64,000 nt of DNA from Selaginella moellendorffii (GCF_000143415.4 NW_003314276.1:2034107-2098106); one strand, 5' to 3'. Numbered from the stretch's first letter, positions 1 to 12,856 are shown. Numbers and translations are program-made. The notes: generated from the sequence alone by a model not told the origin.

Positions 1-463
1 GACTGTTTTCTTCTGTGTCAACAACCTCTAAAATCGCAACTCCAATATCATCCCAGCCCAATTCTTGATTAGCAACCGCATCTCTTGGATCGACAACTGT
101 GGCTAAGCCCTCAGCTACCACCTCCCCCTCGGGGTTGTTTAGAAACACCTTCGCCTGAATCCATGTAGCACGGTTCTTAAGATCCACGGAGGGAACATGC
201 GTCGCACTTGCGCTGTCCCCAACATCTGCTTTCTTTTGAAGATTTTTCAAGGCAACAACAACATTTACCCCGACGACCATCTCTCCTCGTTCAATAGCGA
301 CCACATTCCCATCGAAGACAGTCTCTACTGATACAGCAGCATTGCCTTCCCCAAGCCTTTGACAGTGTATAACAAAGTTCCGATCCATAGACACAAGGGT
401 CCCTTTTGCAACTCTCTTCCCACCATTCAAAATGTAAATCATTTCCCCAACCCTGAAGGCCAT
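1..463 (-). CDS. 5' part of transposase, copy 1 (runs off window)
   Basis: Near-identical to 52012-52474 (MAFRVGE..YILNGGKRVAKG...); ATG at 463. Confidence 0.85.
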   Translation of the reverse strand, partial: MAFRVGEMIYILNGGKRVAKGTLVSMDRNFVIHCQRLGEGNAAVSVETVFDGNVVAIERGEMVVGVNVVVALKNLQKKADVGDSASATHVPSVDLKNRATWIQAKVFLNNPEGEVVAEGLATVVDPRDAVANQELGWDDIGVAILEVVDTEENS

Positions 464-1750
464 TCTAAAAGTGCAGAAAAGAAGTTAAGACCATACAAAA
501 AATGATTGGAGAATGGCCTAAATCATAACATACCAAACAACCTCAAGGCCACATGCCATTATTCAAACATGCTATTGACACCCACGTGAAATTTCGCATT
601 CACAAAATTGGCATGAGGCCTCATGCCATCTTGATATACACACAGCTGCAAGCAAGTAAAAACATACATGACAATACGCTAGCCATGAAATTGCAAGGGC
701 CCAAGATGGCATGTGGCCTCATGCCATTTCTAAATGTGGTCCTAAGCCATTCCATGGTGAACATACCAGGAAGCACAAGTGCCGAATATCAAGAGGAAGC
801 GGTAGCCACACCAAAGACAGTGCCGCTCACAACACCGCAAGTACTCGTAGTGCCGCTCGCAACACTGCAACTGCTCGTAGCGCCGCTCGCACAAACTGCC
901 ACTCGCATAAATTGCCGCTCGCAATGGTGCTCGCAATGCCGCAACCGCTCGTAGACGCATAAACCACAGCCCACAACGCCGCTTACACAAGCAGCGCTCA
1001 CTGCGCTCAGCGGAACCAAAAACACGGCGCACAAAAATGATAGACCTAGGAATGAGTTCGAGAATTCAAAAATAACACACGCTTGAACGTCACATCAAAT
1101 CCTCTGACAAACCAGATTTTATGATTCCTCTGACAAATTTCAAACTGAGTAGCTTCTAGACTTTGCTGTCGGAGGTTGAACTTTGTCACATCATGTCCTT
1201 GCCTCGATTCAGCTGTGCCATGTCAGTGATTCGAACTTTGCCATGCCATGTCAGCAATCCGCGCCAAGATTATTCGCCGTGTAAAGGAATAATTATGCTG
1301 TGTGTGTACGTCCATTTATGGCAATATAAGGCCACACGCCATTCAAAGAATAATGCTAGTCGAGCATTTTTTGGTGCATTTTTGGGTTCAAAATTGCATG
1401 AGCCCACACGCTATAAAGTTTACCTGTACCAAAAATAAAAACAGCTTTATTTATTTGGGAATTTAAGTGGTTGAGGCATTTTTAAACTTACAAACACATG
1501 CCTTACTTACATTCCTTTGGTTGCTTAAAATTCAAAAATATTATAAACTTTTTTTTTTGCATTTTCAATGTTTTCAATTATGGTTTTTGATTTTCGCAGG
1601 ACCAGCCTAGTAATTTATTTGCATCCCGTCATGTTTATAGCTAGCTTTCATTTGTCCCCTTCGCTAGCCTGAGATACATTTGCTCGGCATCTGCCTCTTA
1701 CAGCATTTGCCCAGAAAGGGCATCTTTCTTCACGCAGCATTTGCCACATG

Positions 1751-1776
1751 TTTAGGGTTTAGGGTTTAGGGTTTAG
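1751..1776 (+). repeat. Interstitial plant telomeric repeat (TTTAGGG)3+TTTAG / telo-box cluster
   Basis: tttagggtttagggtttagggtttag read directly; lies between the two divergent transposon genes. Confidence 0.9.
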
Positions 1777-2805
1777 CAATTCAGTAGCTTGATAAACATG
1801 CAAATACAGAACTTGATGCAAAATCCTTTGATATGTCACAATGCCCCTAGGACCATAAACACATTTCAATAGAGAGGGTCCATTCATTTCATAACTCCTT
1901 ACATAGATCTTGGTGAAACCAGAGTTAGTGAAGTTAGTTTCTTGTGATCCCGCATCTGATTGTGATGTTCCTTTGCAGTGTCGATGGAAAGGTCAATGCA
2001 CACCAAATTGTAAAATCTTGGAGCAAAATAACGGTCGGATCTATGGCAAATGCCCCTGAAACATTGTAAGGCTCGTGTGGTCTCATGTGGTGTCCGATCG
2101 AGATGCTTCTTTGCAGGGTCATCAAGAAGGACATTGTATACCATTCTTTATTTAGCTGAACATCTGGCATTTTTGGAAATACAAGATGCTTTGGAATATC
2201 CAATCATGCATAGTATAAATATAGCGAGGGTATTAAATAATATCCCAATCATGATCTTTCTTTTGGATTTCGCATGCATGCAGTCCAAGGAATGATGACG
2301 TTGCGGATTTCTTTTGGATTTCACGTGCATGCATGCGCGCGGCGATCCAGAAATTAATGGTGGCGCCCAAGTCCGAGGAATGATGACGTTGCGGGATTAC
2401 CAACCGTCGTGACATTTCGCGCGTGTGAGGTTAGGTTTTGCATCGTACTCACGCTCGCACACTCGCGCTCGCATCGCGCTCCCACTCGCGATCACGCTCA
2501 CATTCGCGCTCATCTACCTTCTCTACAGGTTTCTCGTGTGCATCGACGTCCACTTGCGCTTGCATCACACTCGCGCTCGTGTGCATCGGCGTCCACTTCA
2601 AGACACACCCAATTTGTAACTTCGCCGCCAACTCCGCCGCCCACTCCGCCACCCACACACAGCCCACTTGGCGTCCCGGGAGATTTCAGCGCCACTCTCC
2701 AACTGTAAGTGGCAGAGTAGCCTTGCTGCTACGATCCGCTGCACACACAGTGCACATTCGCCAGCGAGTCCGGCCTCGATTGTCACGGCCTTCATTCGGC
2801 TTCAA

Positions 2806-5800
2806 ATGGTAAGTCTTTTAGGCCAAGTAGAAAATGGCATGAGGCCACATGCCATTCAGTAGCAACATTGGCATGCACCGATTGGGCTTTCGAGTGCAGT
2901 CTGGTTATAAATGGCGTGTAGCCTCACGCCATCTTAGGATGCAGCCTCAAGACATCTGATGCAGTGGTGAATGGCGTGTGGCCTCACGTTATTTCCAGCT
3001 GCTAGCTTTTCATCTGTCAGCTCTAATTGTTGTGCATTTCTGAACAGGCGAAGAATTGCGTTCTTCTTCCAGCCACTGTCAATGTGGATGCAAAGAAGGG
3101 GGAGGAGCTCACCAGTTGGACTTTCGGGATGGAAGGCGAGGATCTGATGCTGTACAACACAGATGGTGGGAGAAAAGAATGCATGGGGATCCTCATCCAA
3201 GTGACAGACACTCCATGCAGTTCCATGCAAGAATATGGATTGGCACTTGTGGTAGAGACAGCGTCCGCCTTCAAGATCCACCTTGCACATCCTAGCGGCT
3301 TCTCGGAGCGGGGCAGCGGCTATGAGGAATTCCTAGAGGGAGCTAGGGAGAGGTTGTCCAGGAGGCCCACAATTTCAAAGACGCTGCGGGTCTATGAAGA
3401 TCACATGGAATCCACGGACCTCACCTACGGCGATGTTCAAAAACTATATTCCAACATTGAGCCGTTGAGAGTGCCTCCAGTTCGCGAAGCGAAGGGGAAG
3501 GGGGTCGATCTGGAAACTACCGCGAAGCAGAAAAGGGTGGTCAAGCTCAAGCCGACGTCCGACTCTCCTGCTCCAAAAAAGAAACTACTCGGTGATGCCA
3601 TTGCCTCGGGTTCGAACACTACACCCACCAAAAAGAAGAGCCGCAAAGAGCAGAAAGAGCAAGAAGAGGCAGCAAAAATTGTCGCAGATAATAGTACTTG
3701 TTACTATTCCAACAAAGTATATACAATCGACGTGAGCCGTATCGACATCCAAAGCAAATACAACCACAGGCTAGTATCTGATGAGTGGGTGGAGAAACTG
3801 AAGCAGAAGATGCTGGCAAGTCCAGTAACACCCGACATCGCAGACGTGATCCCCTACTACCGAACAATGAAGGGCGAGACGAAGTTTCCAGACTTGATCA
3901 ATAGGAAGGTGTTGGACGATCAGAACATCCGGTTCTATGCCGTCTCCGGGCAGCATTCTAGCTTGGCGATGCAACAGATAGTTGTGGATATTATGGTGGG
4001 CGAGGAGGTGAAGAAAGTCTTCAAGACAAGAGTTGTCCACCTGATAAAAGGCAACTCGCCCCTCCGATCTATCATATACATCTCCCACGCGCAGAATGTC
4101 AAGCAAAAAACGTGCTACAAATTGGGTCTGCACGAGACATTGGCACGAACACGGAAGCTCTGGGTTCAACTGAAGAAGCCACAAAAACCAGGACAAGGAC
4201 GTGCACTAGCAACTAGCGCCTGGCAGATAAGCCTCGTTGCATGTGGCATAGCATGTGGCCTCACGCCATTTCCATTGCAGGAATTCTCGAGTCTTCTCTC
4301 GAAAACACTGGGGGTCAATGACACACTCAGCATCCATAACATTCTACTCGCGACAAAAGTTGTTTTTGACAAATGGGTAGATGTGCTGAGGAGGTACCAT
4401 GACAGGGAGTTGCTAAACTCAATGGGTGTGGAGGACGGCCAGAAGCCCAATGATTTGAAGCTCAACGCCTTGCGTTTCTCGCGGTCTCTAGACGACGACG
4501 ACCTTCTGACAGTGGCTAATGCTCTTCTACGTGGTGAGGTAATCTTCAACAAGACCAAAATGACTCCCGGCCATATTGTGACATACGAGGACTTGTGCAC
4601 GACTCTGAGAGCTCGTGCGCTATTGAAGGATTGGATCTTCGAGCAAGTGGCTGTGGAGAGGGTGAGCATCGACACCACGCAAGAGATGATGGAAGAGCTG
4701 GAGTTGTCAAATGAAGACATCGACGAGTACGTGAAGGGGGCCCCCAAGTTCATCGATCTGCTGCGGGATGCCACAAAAAGTAAAGCTGAGAAGTTGGATC
4801 AGTATCCAAATTTCATTAAGAGGGATGTCGACCGCCGGCTTCAGAAACAGCTCGACCCCGCAGCAGAGGCCTATCGAGAACCTTACCGGGTATACGTGAA
4901 TTCGGATGAGGATCAAAGGTGGAGGAGCATCGTTTCCCGCGGAGATGAGTAGGTTAAGAACATCTTTTGTGTGATGGACTTCACAAACGAGGAGATCACT
5001 CATGCAGACGAAGTCAGCTCCATCATTGACTTAATGGTGGGACTTGCGGAGGTGGAATCTTCAGTCCACTATATGATCTACGATTCCGAATCCTATCACA
5101 AGTTCTGGAAGGCCTTGAACGAGGTGAAGGCTCAGTTGAAAGGCAAAGAGATGCGGGAGATCCATGGGATAATGGCTAAGAAGAAGATACCGACGAATGT
5201 CCGCATCTTCACACTCGCCCTTGTTATTGGTCCTGCAGCAGAGTGGGACTGGAGTGACTTCCCAGCTTCGTTCAACAAGGCCGATCGAATTGATCTGAGG
5301 GAGGTCAATTTACCCGTGCCTGAGGAACTGAAGACGGCTATGGAGCTTTCGAATCCAAAGAAAGCTCTAGGTGCAGCATGGGAAATGCTCAGCTGGGTCT
5401 TCAATGCAATAGTGGGTGACTCCAAGGGCAAATGCGTTGTCGAGTACAACTGCGGCGGACTATTCTTTCGAGTCGCACTACTCAAGGGTGTCCCGTGTGT
5501 TGCGGTGACAAACTCCATTGAAGAGGTGACTTCAATGGAGCATATAATTACAGTTGCCAAAGAAAAACAGTATCTTCTCCGCGAACCTTGTGAGTACGCA
5601 CTTTAAGTTTAAACACTATCTCACAAGCTCTGTATGCAGGAGCGTGGCCACCCCCAGATGCTGAAACGGCGTTAACAGCTACTGATGTTAGGCCGAGCTC
5701 ACAACTTGCACAAAGTAAGGTCACGTGAGGCCTCACGTCATTTTGATTATAGATCGTTGTGAATATTCAGACACGAGGACTGAAAAGCGCACTGGTGGCG

Positions 5801-8414
5801 CGTTGAAGAAGGACAAATAGACAAGCAATAGGAAAAAAGGAGGTACAAATTATATTTGCAATGGCGTGTGGTCTCATGCCATTCCTTGCAGGAGACACTT
5901 CTTCAAAGGCAAAACAGGCAAGCACCAGCCAAGCTCAAACTGACAGTGGTCATAAAAAGCGAAAGCACGTTGGACAGTCGTCGGGATCATAGGCATTTGA
6001 TTCAAAAAGGAAGAAGGGCAATGAAAAGATGATAGGTAATGCCTCGCAGTTATGGCGTGTGTGCTCATGCCATTCATTGCAGATCAAGGGCTGAGTGAAA
6101 GGAGCCAGTCACCACCTCCTGACTCAGATTCCTATGGCGGACTCCCCTTCCCCAATCTCAATGGAGAGGTACAATGGATGAGGGATGCTTTTCAAGTCAG
6201 GGCCACGTTTTTCTCATCTCATCGTCTTCGAAGGGTGCAAGAACGTGCAGAAACCATGTTAAGACAGTCGGGTGAGGATACGGTCCTAGGTCAAGCACTA
6301 AAACAGGCTATGGATGTCTTGTATTTTGAGATGGAGACTCGGCCAGATGATTTTCCCAAGATGGTCCTGGAAAAACAAGCCATCCAGCCTGAGCAGCCTA
6401 TGGAAGAAATGCAGGAGGGGGATGAGGAGCCAGAGAAAGATAATGAGCAGGAAGAGCAGAAGGACGAAGAGGAGGACAAAGAAGAGGAGGACGAAGAAGA
6501 GGAGGACGAAGAAGAGGAGGACAAAGAGGACTTGGATGGTCCTCACAATGGTGACGATCACAATAACGACGATGACGATGATGATGACGATGGCCAGCCT
6601 GAGGTGGCCAAAGAGCAGCGTAGGAAGGTCATACAAGACAAACCATCAGGTAAATAATAGTACATCCATTCCTAACCTTTTACCATTTCTAACATTGTCC
6701 ATATAGATCGCAGAAGAAATGGTAAGTAGAAATTATTCAGTTGAATTAAGATACAAACTCTAGCCTTTAGTGTCGAGGAAGGATAGTGCCAAGCAAGGGT
6801 CGAAACGTATGTTCAATCCTTCAGAATCAGCAGTGCGCCCAAGTGATATCGGTCCTAGTTCCTCAATAGCAGTTGATGGTAAATACAGTATAATCGATTC
6901 AATGTGCTAATGAGTTTGTTTTTAGTAGCCAGTAGGGAGGATACCATCTCAATCGAAGGGAGATATTTGGACATGCATATGGATCTGCCAATAGACTCTA
7001 CTTGCCTGCAAGAGTCATCAGAGTTGGTGGAGGCTACTATCCATATCAACGCCAAGCAAGCTGACCACGCTCCACTTGATGCTGCCCATACCACTGAGTC
7101 AATCTTGTCCACGTATCCAACTGACGGTGACCAGGCGCCATTGGACCCGCATGAGACCGCCCCAGCCACCGAGCTGGTCGTATCCTCATTTCCAACGTGT
7201 GCCCAATCGTCTGACTACGCGCCGTTGGAACCTCCCTACACTGCCCCTGCTGCCTGTTTGGTCATGTCCACTTTGCCAATGGAGGCACCAGCTGAAATGG
7301 CGTGTGATCACACGCCATCGGAACCACCCCATGCCACTGTTGAGCCAGTTGTACCAGAGTCTACAGCTGAAATGGCATGTGCCCACACGCCATCGGATGC
7401 GATTGACCCCACATTGCAGAGGAGAGTATTTCCACCCTTCACGTTTCCTCGACCAAAACCCTCTAAACGACCATCGGGAGCACCATTCGCTAATATTGTA
7501 GATGGTAAAATTGACTTGTACCATTTTTTATGCTAACGCATTTCATTTCAGAGTCACGGCGAAAGTACTGTATCGTTTTTTATCTGAACGGTGTCCTTTT
7601 CTCCCATGAGCGTGGCTCGTCCTCGAATGTCACTGCACCCTCCAAAGCCTGCGGTCGCAAGTTGGTCAAAAGAGACAGATTCACATTAATCACACGGGAG
7701 AAACTGCGGGATCTAATAATGACCATGCGACACTTAAAACAGAGGGCCGGGTTCAATTTGCAATTGGGAGTTTGGACATCCATGATGTGCCACAATGCAT
7801 TAACGTTGCTACAGATGATGCACGATCAAACGTGAGTAATATTACCATTTGACTTTCTCCTAACGCAGGAGGATTGCTTGACTATGGTCCATGTGAGGGG
7901 TAGCAAGCCCATCTTCGTCAAGCCAGAGGCTGTAGTGATGAACCGGATTGCTAGGTCAAGTGAAATCCTCATCATCGATGACTTGCCGATTAAAACTGCA
8001 GCGAACACGCACACATATGCAGTGCACCCCATCTCTTGCAGTATGGAAACTAGGGAGAAGAAACCGTATGTTCTGGGGGACTTTGCAAAACGGCTTGAAG
8101 CGATGGTGATAGAGAACCGGCCAGTCCAGGAGGTGGCTGCAGAAATCAACCAAATGGCAGATGGAACGGTATATCAGAAGCCATTTGATCGGACAGACAC
8201 CAGTCATCATTTATGGCATGTATATTGTCTAGCTAAGCACTATCCGCATCTCCATAATCTGCTCAACCGGATGGGTTCTTCGACCACTGAACATGAGCGT
8301 GGACGTATTAGAGAAGAGATGGCATTACTATTGGGTCTAAATCCTGATAGTGTGGAGAGTGATGAAATTCCAAGATTATTGTATAGGCGTTGGAGGCAAA
8401 AAATAACAGTCTGA
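2806..8414 (+). pseudogene. Transposon accessory gene, copy 1: ParB-like + MTase-like + acidic linker + FCP1/NIF phosphatase (multi-exon, disrupted)
   Basis: ATG|GTAAGT at 2806-2814. Exons 3048-4226, 4281-5589, 5640-5714, 5771-5842, 5892-6035, 6083-6649, 6707-6721, 6771-6878, 6926-7504, 7552-8414 splice in phase (4911 nt). Lesions: donor GT>AT at 4227; stops at 4950, 5818, 5988, 7833; DLNG>YLNG. Small 5' exons uncertain. Confidence 0.75.
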
Positions 8415-8832
8415 GATGGCATGTATTTATTTAAAAATGTAACTTATTATGGCATGGGGTTCCATGCCATTGTATTAATATTAAAAGACAATTCTTTGAG
8501 AGGATTTGCATTATACTAGAAGTGTTACAGCATGTTATTGGAAGTCTACGAAGTTGTTTTATTAATAAGGGGAAAGTAAAAATTGAATGGGGACTTGGGC
8601 TCCACCTAGACTCGGAGCAACTGAGCCAATATTAAAAGGATGGAAAGAAATTGGACAACGATAACAAGGAGAAGAGAGAGGTGAAGCAATGGCAGGGGGA
8701 GGAGAAGTGATTGAGTAGACATTTCCTTGTTTAAAATAAAATGGCATGTGCCTCAATGCAGTTGAATTTTGTTATATTTATATACTATATAAAGGTTTGG
8801 AAACCTTATGTTACAAGTGGGATAATGACAAT

Positions 8833-8854
8833 TCCCACTTTAACGAAATAGAGC
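8833..8854. repeat. Right terminal inverted repeat, copy 1
   Basis: Identical to 61465-61486; reverse complement of 47779-47800. Confidence 0.9.
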
Positions 8855-10087
8855 TTTTGCTTAGTTGCGTCGTAGTTGTCAAGTTCTACAACTCATTGCT
8901 GGTGCTTCCCATCATTATCTGGGTCACCACACTCGAACTGCATGCTCTGCAGCTTAGGCTATGCCATTCCCATTTCTATTGGGATTCCTTTGGCAAGGGG
9001 TTCTCATGAACCCACTAACATAGCCTCAAGGTATCACACCTTGGCACATTTGGTGTCTCCACACCATCGGCTCCACGAGCTTACCTCTATGACACTTCTC
9101 CTTTGTGTCTAAGTCTTTGTCAAGACCAATACCACTCTTTCTCATGCCAACCATCCGTTAGCACTGCACCATAGAGGTCACACACAACTTTGTGTCAAAG
9201 TTGTTTTCTTTTTTGGGAACACCTTTCCCACAACTTTAGCATGGCACATTTTGCCATCGATGAGATACCCTCTGTTCTCATCCTTGGATCCTATGATCCC
9301 CCCCCCCATCCTTCGTGGGGTACAACACACCTCAGTCCAAATGCTTCCATCAGTCCTTTTAGGACCATCCCCTGACTCTACTTGAGTCATCCAACAGTTT
9401 TGGACTTGGTTAATCCACAGACCCGTAAGGTCCTACTTGTAAGGCACTAACTCACTGGAATACACTTCTTGCATTCCTGTCCTACTCAAAAGGACTATTT
9501 TCACAAGTGTTACTCTGACACTTGATTTTGTTATTTGGGGGCAACTTAGGACTATTTGTCCATGTGATGAGAATACCAACTCATCTCTAAGTACACCCCC
9601 CAACTCCTTGGGTTGTTCCAGCATTTATTAAAGGTAGCCCCAGCTACCATTGCAAGGACTTGAGTCCTCTTTCGTATTTGACCTCCCACAGTCATTACCT
9701 CTGGTCTCACATTCATGAGCACCAACCTTAACTATATGAGGATAATCTTGTGACTCCTTTATTGTTTTGGAATCTACATCTTTCCCGTGATCCCAACTAT
9801 AGTTGTTTATCACAACTACGTTAGCCCATTTGCTGCGTCAAATGCTCATTTGGATCACATCCTCAGCTCTCTGAGGAGACCTTATACTGTTCCCAAGATC
9901 CCAAAGTCGTTCCATTATTGGCCCTTTTCTATCCACCACATTGTGCCCAAGTTCACGCATGAACTTGAGTGGAGAGCCATGTCCTCTCGACATGCTACTC
10001 CTCAAGGATAGGCCCACTCCTAGGACCTTCCGATGCTAACATCAATGGTGATATACTTGAGCACCAATAAAAGTTGGACTAAGGAAC

Positions 10088-10100
10088 AGCTCCGATACCA
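10088..10100 (-). promoter_or_regulatory. Primer-binding site (tRNA-iMet type)
   Basis: Minus strand TGGTATCGGAGCT, 3 nt from the LTR; one mismatch to the canonical TGGTATCAGAGC. Confidence 0.85.
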
Positions 10101-10103
10101 AAT

Positions 10104-11809
10104 TGTAGGCGACTAATTTTTCCATTCTACTTTAATCACTTAACCACACCTCCAACCGCATGGAGGAGTCTCACTCACAACCTCCATAAGTCCTATTTCA
10201 GACTTAGGCTTGCTAGCCCCGAGAATGGCATCCCCGCCACTCAACCTATGCACTTGATCCAAGTGCTCCACGTGTCCGATCCCATGACCGACACCCCAAG
10301 GTACCATCGACATATCAGCCCCTTACGCTAAAGCCATGCCCCTTTACCTTGGTCACACCGGTGGACTAACACCACCTGCATCACAGTCTTATCTCTCAAG
10401 GACTGGGCCATCCGTCCATGAGTGATCATTCCAGATCCACTCCTTAGCATCCTTAGGATGCCCACAGATATGGGGAGTAGCCTTCCCCAATATCCCTTTT
10501 CCGGTCTTCACCAAGTCCCTTTCTGCCCATGGCCGTGTTCGCCAACACTACCATTGGATCGAGGCCCACAGGCCCGACCATTAAGTCCCACAGTCCTCTG
10601 GGACTTCCTCACCACTCGACTGTATCCTTGGTCACTACACCAAAGGACTACTCCTCCTCCTTTCCACAGTCTAGGCCTTTGGGACAACATTTCGGAACAC
10701 CGTGGCCCTACGTGGGCCTCATAGGTACTCTCCTCGCCTTTTGCCTTTGGGTGCTCTAGCCATGGGCTTAGAGCGAGGTTCCGTTGAGCCACACCAGGTA
10801 TCCAAGTAAGTAGTGCCACCCACACTTGGACTGGGAGTATCGGGCAGTTGATCTCCCAGGGGAACTAGAGCTGGCTCTTGAACACTTCACCAATCTCCCC
10901 GCTTGTCGGTTTGTGTTCACTCTAGTCTTGGACTTCCCAGTGGGCAGCTCATCACCCAACACTGGGTCCGGCCTTCCTGGGCCAAACTGGCCTTTCCTGG
11001 CCAAACTGGCTCCACTGCAGTCCTCCCCCTACTATACTTTTGGAGCTCACCAAACCCCCCAGGGTCTGGGAGACGAACGCTTTGGGCTTTCACCCTCTCA
11101 GGCTCGAACTCGGACTTGGCTTCGGACTCGGACTCAGACTCGGATTTGGACTCGGACTCGGACTCGGCCTCGGCCTCGGTCTCGGTCTCGGTCCCGATCT
11201 CGGTCTCGGTCTCGGTCCCGGTCTTGGTCTTGGTCCCGGTCTCGACTTCGGACTCCATCTCGGGTCCATCTTGGACTCCATCTCGGACTCCATCTCGGGT
11301 CCATCTCGGGTCCATCTTGGACTCCATCTCAGACTCCATCTCGGGTCCTTCTCGGACTCCATCTCGGACTCCATCTCGGGTCTATCTCGGGTCCATCTCG
11401 AGTCCATCTCGAGTCCATCTCGAACTCCATCTCGAACTCCATCTCAGACTCCATCTCGGGTCCATCTCGAACTCCATCTCGAACTCCATCTCGGACTCCA
11501 TCTCGGGTCCATCTCGGACTCCATCTCGGGGTCCTTCTCGGACTCCACTTTGGACTCCAACTCGGGTCCATCTCGGACACTTCCACGTGTCATGTGTTGG
11601 TCCTTTTGAGTCCCTTTTTGGAGCCTCGCTTATTGCTCTCTTTGTGCTTGTTTCTCAAGCACTTTGTTGGGAGTTCCACTCCCGCTCTCGACCTTTCAAG
11701 GCGGAGCTTTTAGTACGAACGTGTTACGCTTGTTTGGCTTTCGCTTCGGCCACTACCACGTGGTGCCCCTCCGGCTCCACTTTGGGGCCTAGGGATTTTG
11801 TGTCTCACA
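10104..11809 (-). repeat. LTR family A (~1.7 kb) with internal GACTCG/GGTCTC/GACTCCATCTCG tandem arrays
   Basis: TGTAGGCGAC...GTGTCTCACA; direct repeat of 43674-45358 and 63173-64000. Confidence 0.9.
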
Positions 11810-12459
11810 CAATGGTTTGAGCGCAATGACTTGTGGGGATTGGAGTGTTCTTCCGGATGTCTTTAAATGCACATTCGAACATGGCAACAATTATGATGAT
11901 GCCTTCCAACAATTGCATTATCTTCGTCAAGGGCCATTTGAGTTGGTAATGGAATTTGGCGTTTGTTTCCAAAGCCTTTTGCTTCGTGCGGAGTCAAATA
12001 TATTAAAGCGGATCAAGCTAGAAATGTTGTGGCTAATACTTCATCAAGATGTTGTCAAACTTGTGCATGCACTTGTTCTAGCCACCCTTAACAATGCTCT
12101 TCGCTTTGCACAACATTATAAGATGTCACCTCTTTCACTTCTCACTGCATGTCCTTCAATTCCACTTCATGTGGATAATGGTTCTATTCCAATGGAGGTT
12201 GATACTAATGTTGCTTGAGTCCAAGGACAAGGGCAAGAACGTGGTCATGGCTATGATATTCATTGTTAAGTGTGTGATGAAGTTGGTCACATTTATCAGT
12301 GTTGTCAGTGTTTTCCAGATTGGCGGCCACCATTTCTTGGGTGGAAACCTTGGCGTCAACAATGTTTTGTTGGTGCTGCTGTAGTGGAAGGTTTAGATAC
12401 TGAGATGCATCCAAGAAATGAGGAGTCACACGAATAACAAAGGGACCTTGCGCAAGTAT
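11810..12459 (+). mobile_element. Family B retrotransposon gag remnant (downstream half of the copy interrupted by family A)
   Basis: Homologous to the reverse complement of ~20290-20930; PMEVD motif and degenerate zinc knuckle; resumes exactly where 43673 stops. Confidence 0.75.
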
Positions 12460-12856
12460 TGGGGCGGCGTGAGCGTGAAAGACCATAGCTTACCTCGACA
12501 ATAGAAAAATCCAAGCGAGAAGTTTATAACCTAACCCTTGACTTAGAAAATAAAGAGGTAGGCTTTGTGAAAAAAAAAAAGTAGACTCAAGAGCTCGTGA
12601 CGCTGTGGATTGTCAAACTTAAACTGGGATATACAAATATTTCAAAAAGAACATCTTTAATTTGATGGCAACTCCTTTCTAGGCTCAATCCTGGTGAATA
12701 AAACATTTTTACTCATTTTTTCAAACCTTTGGAAACTTAACACTCATTGAATGTGAGTCAACAGCAATAGTGCAACATCCATCTATAGCTTCCCCAAAGG
12801 TCAACACTAGTAAAATTAGTGAAAATGCCTGGAAGGATCCAATAATCAAACATATT

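Larger units (their letters stand above)
1..8854. mobile_element. TIR DNA transposon, copy 1 (left part outside window)
   Basis: Position 1 aligns to 52012 and is colinear with copy 2 up to the right TIR TCCCACTTTAACGAAATAGAGC at 8833-8854; it has the same genes and palindromes. Confidence 0.85.
8855..11809 (-). mobile_element. 5' end of LTR retrotransposon family A, copy 1 (degenerate internal region, PBS, 5' LTR)
   Basis: Colinear with ~61918-64000; PBS and TG..CA LTR; followed by CAATG at 11810-11814. Confidence 0.85.

Noticed and set aside
1751-1776. Chromosome end or telomere-healing site
   Set aside because: Only 3-4 units, at the same internal position in both transposon copies.
553-2862. 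Short overlapping ORFs in the intergenic region (also 52572-55497)
   Set aside because: They arise from GC-rich short repeats; indels differ between copies; no domain motifs.
3027-8414. Separate genes for ORFs 3027-4952, 4971-5606, 6052-6657, 6904-7536, 7530-7835, 7878-8414
   Set aside because: They join by in-phase splicing, and the stops are copy-specific mutations.
545-8470. Palindromic repeats as a CRISPR array or bacterial REP elements
   Set aside because: Irregular spacing, degenerate copies, no cas or RAYT genes, eukaryotic intron context.
10826-11820. Long RS/SD/LG-repeat ORFs (also 44448-45459, 15738-16178)
   Set aside because: Products of stop-free 6- and 12-bp tandem arrays inside LTRs; open in several frames on both strands.
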